Source: Pseudovirgaria hyperparasitica
Lineage: Eukaryota
NCBI GenBank assembly: GCA_010093815.1
Contig: ML996571.1
Reading direction: 5' to 3' (one strand)
DNA length: 64,000 nucleotides
The notes beneath the pieces are model-generated. The model was not told where the DNA came from. It did not search any database and saw only the letters and a list, made by a program, of their open reading frames with translations. Below, piece by piece: positions 50,201 through 62,910 of this stretch (within the stretch, counting starts at the first letter, position 1; the number at the start of each line of letters is the position of its first letter). The translations under genes and the position numbers were made by a program.

Positions 50201-53200
50201 TATTATAGACTGGCCTGAACTAAAATCAGTTCGAGATATACGTGTCTTTATTAGATTCGCCAATTACTACCGAAAATTCGTTAAGTACTTCTCCCGTTTA
50301 GCCGCACTACTTAATACGCGTACTACTACTACCGACTCGTCTATTACGGTCCGTGGTAGATAGAAACAGCGTAATATTAAATTATAACCTATTAAATTAA
50401 CTAAGGTCGAAAGAACATCCTTTAAGAAAATTAAAGAGGCATTTATAACTACTCTATTACTAGTGTACTTCGACCTAACTAAACCTATCCGCGTTAAAAC
50501 CGACGCGTTAGAATTTATAATCTTAGGCATTCTCTCCTAGCCTAGACTAACTAAGTCTAAAAAGGTCTAATGGTATCTAGTTACGTTCTTCTCACGTAAA
50601 ATAGTCGATATTAAGACTAGATATACTATCTATGACTAAGAGCTACTAGTAATAGTAGAGTCGTTTAAATAGTAGCGATATTATCTTAAAGGTACCATGT
50701 ATAACGTCGAGTTACTAACTAATTACTATAACTTAAAGGGGTTTATAAGCACGACGGTTTTAAACCGTCGATAGGTCTAATAGGCTAAGTAGCTTACGAA
50801 CTTTCACTTTATAATCTACTATTAACCTAGAAGTATAAACCTAGCTAATAGGATATTAAGAAGACCTAACTATAAAGAAGGCGCCTAGAATTATAGTAGC
50901 TATAGGGTCCTAGAGTAGCTATAGACCCAACTCTTAAGGACGAGGTTGGATTTTAAGTTATTAGGTGATTAGCGAGATACTAACGTCGATACTAGTAATT
51001 AAATCTCTAAGACCGAAGCCGGTAACTAAAGACGCGGTACTAAAGTCCCTAGTAGGCCGTTTATTAGCGCTATCGAGAAGGGCGATAATGCCTAGCATAA
51101 ATATCTAATTAACCTCGCCTAGTTAATCATAGATCTATAGAAGATAGACCCGATAGTTTTAAAGTTATATAAAATATAGTAAGATAAGTTATTACGGACT
51201 AAAGTAGACTATAAGTAGACCTTCATAGACGGCTTACTTTACTATAATAGAAAGTACTATATACCGACGGGTAACGCGCGATTTAACGTAGTTAGCCGAT
51301 ACTATAACGCTAACCTAGTAGGACACTTTAGGTATATACGTACCCTAAGCTTAATTCGTTAGTACTATTTTTAGAAAGATATACCTAAGTACATTAAAGA
51401 ATAGATAGCTACTTATCCGATTTATTAAAGAACGAAGGCCCCTAGGCATAAGCCATATAGGAATTTATAGCCTCTTTCAGCCCCCCTCTTTATATAGGAA
51501 GACGTTACTATAGACTTTATAGTTAACTTACCTCTAAGCGAGATGCTTAGAATAAGTTATAATTCTATTCTTATTATCGTAGATAGACTTATAAAGATAT
51601 CTAGGTATATCCTAGTGTGGAAGACGATTATATCTAAAGAACTAGCGTAGGTGTTCTAGAACGAGATTATTAAGGTCCATAGTATACTAAAAAGGATCGT
51701 TACGGACCGAGGAAGTACCTTCACGTCTAAATTCTAGACGTTATTCTACGAAATAGTAAGTATAAATAGAAACATGTCTATAGTATTTTATCCTTAGACG
51801 GATAGCTAGATAGAGCGATAGAACTAGACGCTTAAGGCCTACCTACGCGCATTCTATAATTTTAAGTAGGATAACTAGGCCTCCCTACTAAGCATAGTAG
51901 AGTTCGTATATAATAATAGTCGTTATAGTACGATAGGTATTATACCTTTCTAGGCGAACCTCGGACGCAGTCTAAGGATAGGTTTTAAGCCTTAGACGGT
52001 CTAATTTAATCGAATAACAGACGTGAACGTCCACGCTTAGAAATTAGCGATTAAAATCTTCGAAACCGCACGCAACTATCGCGCTATAATCTAATAAGTA
52101 AACGACTCGTATATAAAGTACTATAATAGGTTAGCTAAGGATTAGACGTACGAGGAGGGCGACGAGGTTCTTCTTAATATTCATAATATATAAACGTCGC
52201 GAGTAAATAAGAAGCTCGATTATAAAATGGCTGGTCCCTTCTAAATTAAACGTCGTATCGGTATAAGAGTCTACGAGCTCGACTTAGGAAGCGACATAAG
52301 AATCTATAACGTGTTCCACGTCTTACTACTCGAAAGATTTCGATCTAACATGTATGGCCGCACGAACGTGTAGTTACACTCTATTATACTCTAAGATAGA
52401 CTAGACGTGTTCGAAGTGGACCATATTATCGAACATAGAATTAATAAAGACGGTGTTTAGAAATATAGAATCCGTTAGAAGGACTACACTAAGGATGAGA
52501 ATACCTGGGAACTAGTAGTATATATCTTAAGTTCTATAATGGCTGCGTATAAGCAAAAGATATAGAATAGCGTATTATTAATATAAGTATAGCGACGTTA
52601 CGGTTATTATAAAAAGAAGAAGGATACCATAGAGAACGAAGTGTCGAATCACGAATCCCAAACGTATACTAGGAAAACTCTATAAGGTAGCCCTATAATT
52701 CAAGCGATATACGGTTACTAAACGCGAAGAAAACGTAAATAACCGTTATAGGCACGCGACGCGATATATTATAATAGAATAACATAGAGAAGTCTAGAAT
52801 GGACTAACATGGACCATTATACATGAGAAGAATATGGGACTAAGAAACTAAAAAGGTACCCTACTACGGAATTAAACTCGTGATATATAATATAAAAGGT
52901 TAGAGTACCCGAACTAATGACCACTAGGCCACTGGTTCGGGTGCTCTAATATAATTTAGAGAGATAAACTAATTTATATACGATGCCTACACTTAAGTAA
53001 CTTAAAGGAAATTAGAACCTAAAATTTAATAGTTATAGAATAAATAAGAACGTATATAATATTATTAAGTTAAGAATTAAATTACTAGAAAACTAGTAGA
53101 CGGGTATCTAAACGGTCTAAAAAGGACCAAAACGGATAGAAACTAGGTAGATAGAGCCAACACACACTATATAAAAACCCTAGCAAACAGAGCCATAGAG

Positions 53201-55231
53201 CTACTCCTCTATCTTATTATTACTCTTAGAGTATAGTAAACGAACCAACCGAGTAATAGAGCGACGGAGGTTAGAGACCTTATCCTCTAGAGTAACTACG
53301 TGCTTAGTTAGAGTCTAGTAAGACGACGACTAAGCGCTAGAGTAGAGTAACTAGACCTAAAGTTAGCTAACACGGTCTAGAATAATCTAGAATAGAATAT
53401 ATACTCTCTTACGAGGCGACTTAGAGGGAGAAATAGTAGACCTCTTATAAGATCCGTTAGTAGCGCGAGACGGACAGGGGGGGATAGAGTGAATCCTCTC
53501 TACGGCCTCTATAGCTAGGATAGACTCCCTAGAATAGGTAGTCTAGGCGCTAGGGATCTCGCGGCGGCTAGAAAAATCAATAGGTGTTAAAAATAATTAA
53601 CGTACTCGTAACTTATACTTTAATAACCTCTAGGAAGAGCTTATAGCGCTCCCTAAACTCCCTCTATATAGTAGGCAGGCGGCTATAAGGACCCCCGAGG
53701 GTCTCACGGACGCGAAGGTCGTTATATATATCTTATATATATATAGGAACCTAAGAATGTATTAGCGCGGACCACTTTAGATTACACTAGATTAAGATAG
53801 CCTATTATACTTACCTATAGATAAGTCTTACTAGTTACGGTATAGCGGCGGCAGCGGGTAGGGAGCTTAAAGATTAGGCGTATAGGCCCATCGCGGTTAG
53901 TAGAGTAGTAGCTAATACTAGAGTTAGAGCGGAAGAGATATTTAGAGCCGGTGGCGTAAGCCTTAATATACTTAAAGTATATTAAACTGTAGTTCGCCGT
54001 TTTCCTATGGCGTAAACCGCGACCACGTTTAGTATCTTTAGCGACCTAGGCCTTATTATTACTAGGGCTAGGTTTAGAGCGAATATTAAGGTCCTAAAAG
54101 AACCTAGAGCGACTAAGTCGGTCTATATTAGACCGAAAAGAGGAACGGTGTTTAGAGCGAGGCGGCGAAGGCGTAAACTCTCGATTATCGTCTACGATAA
54201 GATCTTCTTTATCCTCTAAAGGAGGTAGAGTAGATAGACGGCGCGAGTAGGTGTAGATAGGCTTTATAGCTATCTCTTCCGTAACACTAGTACTAGAATC
54301 ACCTAGATTAGAGCGACTAGTGGCCACGTTAGTAATAATAGTAGTAGTAGCCTTAGCTACCTTCTTCTCTAACTTAGAGCGCGCCTTTACACTACTACGA
54401 TAAGTGGATTTTTTAGCCGGTATAGCTAGGGTAGAGATAATTCCTTTAGAGCGAGTCTTACGAGAGGAGGAGGCAGGCTTAGAAATAGAACTAGTATTAG
54501 ATATCTATACATACACGTTAGCTAGAGATCTAAGAGTAGAATACTCGTTTAGCCTTAAAGGCGATTAAAGAAGCTAAATTAGTGACCGTAATAACGCGAA
54601 TGGATTATATAGGACTAGCTCTAACGAAAATGGACCACTCTAGACCCGAACGGATCTAAACTAAAGGAGATAGTATATAAATTAACGACTTACCTTAAGA
54701 GTAAGGTGGATATACTAGAGAAGAAAATTTAGAATAAGAGAACTAAATATAAGCTTAGTTAATATAGTAGTCATATAACCCACGGAGCTATCTCTAAGGC
54801 AGTAGCTATAAAGTAAGGGATGAGCGCGTGTATAAATAAAAGTAAACTAGTACTTAAGTTTACCGATATAAAGACTATTAATAACATTATATAGATTTAA
54901 TTAGATACGCGTATAAATATAACGCTTATAGAATTACGGATTTATATATAGCTAAGTGCTTTAGGGCGAAGCATAAAAAGAAAAAGGATATTATTAGGGC
55001 TAATACTAGGATAGACTTAACTAGAATACTATGGTCTAGTACGGTCCGTGATAGGTGGACCTAGGGTAAGTTAGCTAGAATAAGCGAGACCACTATATAA
55101 GTAGGCCGTATATACTTGATTCCTACTCTTTAGGAATTAACCTCGTTAGGAGAGTAGACTACCCTTTTAAATATATTCCCGAATCCTCCTATGACCTATT
55201 AGACTACTATCCTACGTCTATAATTCTTATA
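47222..55231 (+). mobile_element. Ty3/gypsy chromovirus family C, copy C2; LTRs 47222-47461 and 54992-55231
   Basis: LTR begins TGTCAGGGCTGACAC, TSD CTTAT (47217-47221 / 55232-55236). Colinear with C1. Inserted in the B integrase. Confidence 0.95.
53201..54504 (-). pseudogene. Antisense spliced accessory gene of C2
   Basis: Colinear with 38682-39985. Retains a TGC Cys codon at ~53851-53853 and an in-frame last exon (VVTLEDKVS.LRRS..RLVRLL). Confidence 0.75.
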
Positions 55232-55871
55232 CTTATAGTTATAATATACGCGTAAATACGCCTTAACTATCTAATTCTACCGCTCCGTCTATCTATCTAT
55301 TTATAGATAGAACGTAGTACTAAGTTTCCACTTAATTCCTAGTATATAGTAGAAATCCTTCTAAAATTTAGACGTTATCTACGGACCTCTATCCGAAACT
55401 ATACCATTCGGTATACTATAGAGCCGGACTACGTCACGGAGTAGTATATCTATAAGATCCGGTGCTTAGATTATCTTTCTTATAGGGATATAGTATAATA
55501 TCTTCGTAAATCTATCTAGAACTATAAGTAAACTATTATAAATATATCTAGAATACTTACTTAGGGGTAGATCTATAATGAAATCTATCGATAATTCCTT
55601 CTATGCCTCCTTTAGCATAGGTAATAGCCTTAATTCACTATATGGTAAGTGTCTATATACTTTTATATACTAGTAAACGTTATACGTTTTTACGTAGTCT
55701 TTTATATATTTATAAAGACCCGGCTAGTCATACGTCCTTCGGATTAAATTAACCGTCCTTATAACGCTGAAGTACTCTACTAACGCGTAATCGTGCTATT
55801 CCCTTAAAATATTAATTTATAAGCCGCCTTCCGGCACGTAGAGTCGGCCTTAGAAGTAGATCGCGTCTAAT

Positions 55872-56096
55872 NNNNNNNNNNNNNNNNNNNNNNNNNNNNN
55901 NNNNNNNNNNNNNNNNNNNNNNNNNNNNNNNNNNNNNNNNNNNNNNNNNNNNNNNNNNNNNNNNNNNNNNNNNNNNNNNNNNNNNNNNNNNNNNNNNNNN
56001 NNNNNNNNNNNNNNNNNNNNNNNNNNNNNNNNNNNNNNNNNNNNNNNNNNNNNNNNNNNNNNNNNNNNNNNNNNNNNNNNNNNNNNNNNNNNNNNN
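55872..56096. other. Assembly gap (225 N) within family B pol
   Basis: Run of N between RNase H and the integrase N-terminus. Confidence 1.
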
Positions 56097-59000
56097 CGTG
56101 ATCCGATAATAATTTAATCTAATATATAGAGCCTTCTAAATAATATTACTATTACTTAAAACTCTTAACGATTATAAGTAGTTCCTAGTCGTACGTGTTA
56201 TAACGCGTCTCTATATCCGCTATTTTATAGAAAAAGAAAGCGACCGGGTATTATTACACCTTATCTTTCGTATCTTTATATGGTTAACTAATAATTCTAG
56301 TAATTATAAATTCTAACGCGTTAGTTTCGACCTAAATATACTTCTTAGGATTAAAATACCTAAGAATTAGCGTAGTTATAAAGTAATTCTTTAACGATTG
56401 GAACGTATCTTACGCTTCCGGCGTTAACTATATCTCGACCGACTTAGCTTTACGCTATGCTCGCCTACCTATAGAGATTTTACCGCTATTCTCTATAAGT
56501 TTATTAAGCGGCGCCGTAATTCGTAAGAAGCCTATAATAAATTTATAATAATAGTTTATAAAACCTATAAATATTCTAATTTAACGTATAGTAGTAGATT
56601 CTAGCCATTCTATGATAGTCTTTACACGCTCCAGCTCCATTTTTAGGCCGCTATATATTATAATAAAGCCGAGAAACCCAACTTCTTATTAGTGAAACTC
56701 GTATTTAGATAATTTTATGTAGAGTTTATACTACCTTAGACGATTTAGTACTAATTTTATATATTCTTTATAATTCTATATGCTATCGGAGTAAATTAGT
56801 ATATTATTAAGATAAACTACGTAAATTACGTTAAGTAATCCTACGAGTGTAGTATTAATATATCCTTAAAACGCTCCTAGCGTATTTATTAGCCTAAATG
56901 GTATAATAGTATACTTAAAATAACCATATCTAGTCTAAAATGCGGTTTTCTACTTATCTCCGCGATAAATTCGAAGCCGGTAATATATATCTTATAAATC
57001 TAGCTTCGTAAAGTACTTTACCTTCATTAATTAGTCTAAAGATTTACTAACTAGCGGTAATAGGTAACGATTCTTCTTAGTTACCGTATTTAGTATCTAA
57101 TAGTCGACGTATAGATATAAACTTCCGTCTTTCTTCTTTATAAAGAGAATAGATACGCTAGCCGATAACGTACTACGACGTATCTAGCCTCTTTCGAGGT
57201 ATTCTTTAATATATTTATAAAGAACTTCGAGTTCTAGTCTCGAAAGTAGGTAAAGTAGACTATAAGAGATGTCTACTCTCTCTTTAAGCTCGATCTTTAG
57301 CTTATATAGCCCGTGATTAGGGAGAAGTAACGTATCTCCTACCGAAAACACATCCGTATACTATGAATATATGTTAGATAGCGTGTCTTCGCCCCGATTA
57401 TTACTATTATCCTCGTCTTTATTAATAATTAATAAGGATATAAGATAGATTAGTAATGATCGGGTCCACACGGCGAGGTTCTATGCCTCCTTACTAATAG
57501 TTACGACTTACTAGTATAATTTACTACGGTATTATTGGAACGTTAATATCTCCTTCTAAAAATTAAGGATAGGGTTTAGACGTCTAAGCTAAGGCATCCC
57601 TAGAATCATATTCTATTAGCTAATATTAGCCACGATAAATTTATTAGATATCTACTATTTTATTATCTTCGAGTCATGAACTTCGTAATTCGTTATAGCT
57701 TTATCTAAAGTTCTAACTTTATATCTATTAACTACGATAGTTCGGCTAACTTTACCGAGATTATACGATAATCTATACTCCTTTACAAGAATTAATAAAA
57801 TATAGTTATCTTCTATACTAGTATCTACGAGGGCCTATATAGTTTTATTACTATTTACTATAGGTAATAATACTTTTAGTAATATTAGGTCTTTACTCGC
57901 CGGAAGGCGCTACGGCTCCTCCTAAGTATATATAATTTAGCTAAGAACGCGGTTAGGTCTCGTGTACTAGCCTATTCTTTTTTCGGATTCTTATAGTTAG
58001 GTGAAATATATTCTATTTCTCTATACTTATAGTAACGAAGTGCGCTATAATTCTACTATTTTACGATAGGCGTTATATTTAAGCCTATACCTTATCCTTT
58101 TCCGTATTAAGAAGTACCGCCTTAATTATTTTAGTATCCTCTTAACGCGTTTCTACCCCGATTTACGCTCTTCTAGTACTAATCGCGGTAAGGTTACTCT
58201 TAATTAAACGTATTTAATTAACCTCGTTTCTAACCCGTATAGGGTTCGTCGGTTTTACCTAGAGAGCCACGTTCCTTAAGGATGTGGTAGTATTTATTAG
58301 CTTTCTTCTCTAATTTGTATAGATAGTTAAAACTTAATAATACTATTTCTAGTCTTTCGCGGATTAACGGAAGTAGTACTTCGCGAAACTAGAATATATA
58401 AATATTTTCCTATAGCGTAGGGATATTATTCTATAGGTTTTAGAGGTATTATAGTAGTTAAGTAGATGTCTAGTTCGGTCGTTATACCACGCTTCTTAAC
58501 TTAGATAGTATCTTTCTTTCACGTTCTCTATCCGTTCCGAGGGTATTTAGTATAAATATAGCTAAATATTCCTAGGTTATCATAGATAGTAGCTATACTT
58601 CCTTCTATCTATCCTATTAATCACGGGATTATAAGTCTAGGTATCGTTCTCCGAACGAAATACGTTATACTTTAGTAGAAAAGAGTAGAGGGTTATCGAG
58701 GAAGTACTTTTCGTAGTCTCTCTTCTAGTCTTTCTACTCCTTTTAGTTCTTCCCTATAAATATAGTCGGGTCTTTAGATTTTAGTATACCTAGGGAAGGA
58801 GTAGAGTAAATCGGTAACGAAGCGGCCGGGTATACGGTAGATTATTATAACTCTAATAGTAGGTGAACTAATTCCGCCTAAATTAGTATAGGAAGTCGTC
58901 TACCTACTATTATTCAGCGTAGTTCTTTAAGAGACTCCTTAAGTTCTTATCTCTTTACAAGGAGTTTCGCGCGTTCTATCTATTCTTTAAGGGTTTAAAT

Positions 59001-61008
59001 CTCTCGAGCCTAATTCGCGACGTATTTCTAAAGTTTAGCGATAGTTTATTATAATACCTCGCGTAGCTCCGCCACGACTCGTTATCTAGCTTTATATTAT
59101 TAGAAGTTACTTAGCGTATCTACTATTTCTTCGTCTAAAAGCTCCGTGATTTAGTCTAATATTTCTACTTCTCGGTTAGAAACGGCTAGGATTAATACTA
59201 ATTATAGAGGATCCCTATTATTTAATATAGTATTACTTATCCCTATAGTAGATCGTGTCGACCTTCTTGGTTCTAGTTAGACTATCTTAACTATAGTACT
59301 ATATAGGGAGTAATTTAAATATAAGAATAGGGTTATTAGATAGTAGTATAGTTAGATAGAATAATAGAGTATATTCTATTATAGAACGAATTACTACCGA
59401 ACCCTTTCGGTAGGAATCCGAGAGTATATATATAAAGGGACGCCGATCTATCTAGCACGTGACTATTTACCGCCCTTCACGTCACCTTCTAACCCTGTTA
59501 GCTAAGATATATATAGGTCGGGTCCTACCTAAGGCTAAGTCCTAATAGATAAGGTTAGTTACTTTATCCTTAACGGAGTAAGTAATAATACTAGGGCCGT
59601 AGAACTCCTCTCTTAAGCTCTTCCTAGAGTAAGTAAGTTCTTATAGCTTTACTACTTCCTATACACTCTTAATCTTATTGCCTAGTCTCTACTTTTTAGT
59701 AAAGATAAGGACACCTTTAATAACCTATCTAAGGACCTTATTACGGAGCTTACCTTCCTATAAGAGTGGCGGAAAATAGGACTAATTATGGTACTATAGT
59801 TAATTATTACGTTTATCTATCGCTTAGCTAAGAGACGATAGAAATTTATTACTATATAGAAGCGATAGTATAATAAGAACGCGATTACTTTAGGTACGAA
59901 CTTTACTCCTACTAAGCTTATTAAGCTAGTTAAGATATACTAGAATAGCTACTACGACTTTATAGAGCGTGGCCTTAAGCTCCGAGCCGCGATTAATAAG
60001 TATATAGAGAAATTCCTCTTCTAGTAGACGTATTGGAGTAGCACCCGGATAGTAGTTAATATAGATATCTTTATAGATAATAGAGACGGAGATTCCGATA
60101 ATAAAGACGTTAATTTAATAAATAAGACTCTATTATTTATTACGGAAAGTGGACTTAACGGCTACGACTAGAGTATTATCCGGATATATACTAATACCTT
60201 ATTACTAATTAAAGAGGTATTACTATAAAGCGAGGGACGAGGCTATAAAACTAATTTTAGAGTAATCTAGTAAGTACTTCCTTTAATATGTTACCTAGAG
60301 AACTACTTTAATAACCTTAAGGTTTCTAAATCCACGCCTTATATACTAGCTAATAAGGTTTAACTAAATCCACCACTTAAGGACTACTTATAGATAGTAA
60401 TTAATAACGCGAAGGTAAAGCTAGCGAAGTATTATAACTTAGTAAAGCTAAACCCGCTATATTATAGTAGAACTTATCTCTATCCTTTATAGAAGAACTT
60501 CTTTAAATAGGATAAGGAGAAGTTTACTAGATTATATCTATAGAAGACTATTAACTAGCTAGAACTCGACTTCCTAGCCCTTTAGTAGACGTATAAATCT
60601 CCGAGACCCTCCTCACCGTTATATATACCTCTATCTTATATATAATCTCTAAAAATACCTCTCTTGAGCTCTCTAATAGGCGAATACCTAAATAAAATAA
60701 AGTTAATTAGCTAAAGAAGATAAGAGAAGGATAAACTTAGCCGCTATTGTCGACTCGATAGTAAGTTTAACTATAATAACCCTATTAAGTAGTGGTTAGA
60801 TCGGAAATTATAGTTTCTACGGCTTTATAAGATAGTAATTAATATTCTATCTATACTAGCCTTAACCTATAACGACGAGTGAACGTTTAGCGAGGCTAGA
60901 GATATAATTATACTAAGAAGAAGTAAGATAAGCCCGATTCTAATTAGATAACTATAGGATCTTAAGAGTTAGTAGAGATATAACCTTATTACGGACTAGG
61001 AGATTATA

Positions 61009-61320
61009 TAAGGCTAACGTAAAAGTATACTCGTAAGTTTCTCTACGGATTTAAACGATTTAGCTAATATAGAGATAGACTATATAGATATATAGACGTG
61101 GACGTGGTAAAATTTAATATATTAACTTAAATAGGCGAAAATCGAGTATATATATAACCTTATTATGGACGGCGTACTTACGTAAGGCTAACGTAAAAGT
61201 ATACTCGTGAGTTTCTCTACGGATTCGAACGATTTAGCTAATATAGAGATAGGCTATATAGATATACGGACGTGGACATGGTAAAATTTAATATATTAAC
61301 TTAAATAGGCGAAAATCGAG
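61009..61320 (+). repeat. Direct duplication (~138 bp, period 174 bp) in the hAT 3' region
   Basis: taaggctaacgtaaaagtatactcg...ggcgaaaatcgag at 61009-61146 and 61183-61320. Confidence 0.9.
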
Positions 61321-61792
61321 CAAATTATACCTATTTTTAAGACTTTTAGCTACTTCTACGGATATACTTTAGTCTAGTCTAGTTTAACTTTAATTCTACT
61401 ACTAGGATTAATAGTTTAATCTAATTCTACGACGGCTAGGATTGAAGTACTTTAGTCTAGTTTAACTAGAGGCCCAAAGTTGAACTGAACTAATTGATAG
61501 GAAGTCTGTGCGCAACTAAGAAGCTAATCTATTAATCGTGTAGGGATGAATGGGACTCGAAGATCCATACCCTTTTAAGTAGTTCTAAAAAAGCGAAAGG
61601 TCTATTTTTAAACTACGGTTCACAAGGTTAAAACACGCTTAGACCAAGGATGTCTACTGCTAGATTTTACTGGTTTAGAGAGTTTGAAAATCCCTTACTC
61701 GTGCTTCTAACTATTTAATTTATCCCTAATATATAGAACTATTAACACTTTCTCCGAGTGCTGTTTCTCTATAGCTATTATTCTACTGTAAC

Positions 61793-62910
61793 ATGGTTTC
61801 TCTAGTACTATTCACTCTCTTTACTTGCCTCCTTCGCCTTCCTCTAATTACAGCGCTAAAATATCATATCGACTCCTCATGTACCCATAGGACAGGTGTC
61901 AGACCGTCTGTAAACGAAGCAATATACGCAGCACAGCGAACCTGGTCTCGTATGGAAGGCTACACTGAGGATGATGACATCAAACATATTCTATGGCGTC
62001 TTTTCGGAATTGAAACTCCAGACCATCCTCTTTTTCTGCATATATTAAGCGTAATGCGCCGCATGGGAGAGGCAACAGAAATTGTAAATGAGCCATCTCA
62101 AGAAGATCTAGTGACGCGCATCTTCTGTGATGATGACAACCGCTGGAAAAAATCGTCCGTTACAACAAAAAAATACTACTTTTGGCAAACGACCTCAGAC
62201 ATATGGATAGATATGACACCACAATTCAGATCCGTAAGAGGGGGTATTACGAATTACCTGTTCAGCCGTAGTACACCGCCGGACTGCACTAATAAGGACA
62301 AAAGAGCTGTTGTCACCCTATATAATAGTACGGATGAGATGTACAACAGCATGACCATCTGCGAGCCGTACAGTAGAATGTCTGGTTTGACGTTAGAAAG
62401 GCTCGCAGAGGATTACCCTGATGAAATACCACTTAGGGACAATCGCGCCCCGAGTCCAAAGACAGTCTTTAGCATGATAATACTCTACCATTTACTGAAC
62501 ACGGCGGAGTTCAAAAGTAAGTCTGACATTTCTAAAGCAGAATCACATCTAATAGTAATAGATTTAATACAGCCTCTGCCAAGTGTCTATCTTGATTGGG
62601 AGCCATGTGTGATTATGCCAGAGCGGATGGCGGCAAGAAATGTACAGAACTATGGTAAGTGTTAGAAAATTATCCCTGTATTTTTTTGAACTGATGATTG
62701 ACGTGTTACATAGCGTACCTTGCCATGCTTGCATTGTTAGGGGACTATGGGCTAACGCTTCATTATCGTCCAGATGAAGATGAAGATGAGAGTGAGTTCG
62801 ATAGTCCAGAAGAGTATGACGACTATCAAGATCGAGGAACGCCCACGTTCGGATATTTAGTTAGAACCCCATATTATGAACCGGGGGCCCCTTGGCCACC
62901 AAGGGACTGA
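61793..62910 (+). CDS. Secreted M35/aspzincin metalloprotease-like protein with degenerate zinc motif; candidate effector (exons 61793-62516, 62562-62654, 62714-62910)
   Basis: Hydrophobic signal peptide followed by YHIDSSC. RIFCDDDNRW, MTICEP, SMIILYHLLN (position of HExxH), AARNVQNYAYLA. GTAAGT introns; the first is 45 nt and in frame, so less certain. Confidence 0.72.

Larger units (their letters stand above)
30904..59547 (-). mobile_element. Ty3/gypsy chromovirus family B (RIP-inactivated); LTRs 59320-59547 and 30904-31131
   Basis: 228-bp LTRs, TSD GATAA (30899-30903 / 59548-59552), PPT at 31132-31147. De-RIP gag CCHC (~58000-58040), RT VVYLDDI (~56801-56820), integrase WKELSIDF (~55575-55603), chromodomain YEV...W..Y...DTWEP (~41280-41390). 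Spans the N gap. Confidence 0.92.
29434..61508 (+). mobile_element. hAT DNA transposon (RIP-inactivated), ~3.4 kb net, split into 29434-30903 and 59548-61508
   Basis: TIRs CAGA(G/C)TTCCTATCAAT(C/T)AGT(C/T)CA. Perfect 8-bp TSD TGCGCAAC (29426-29433 / 61509-61516). De-RIP transposase motifs KIHIMFDGWSS (~30704-30736) and dimerisation-domain DILSIPA..C.DERTFSEAR (~60841-60900). Subterminal ttagtctagtt(c/t)aact repeats. Confidence 0.93.
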
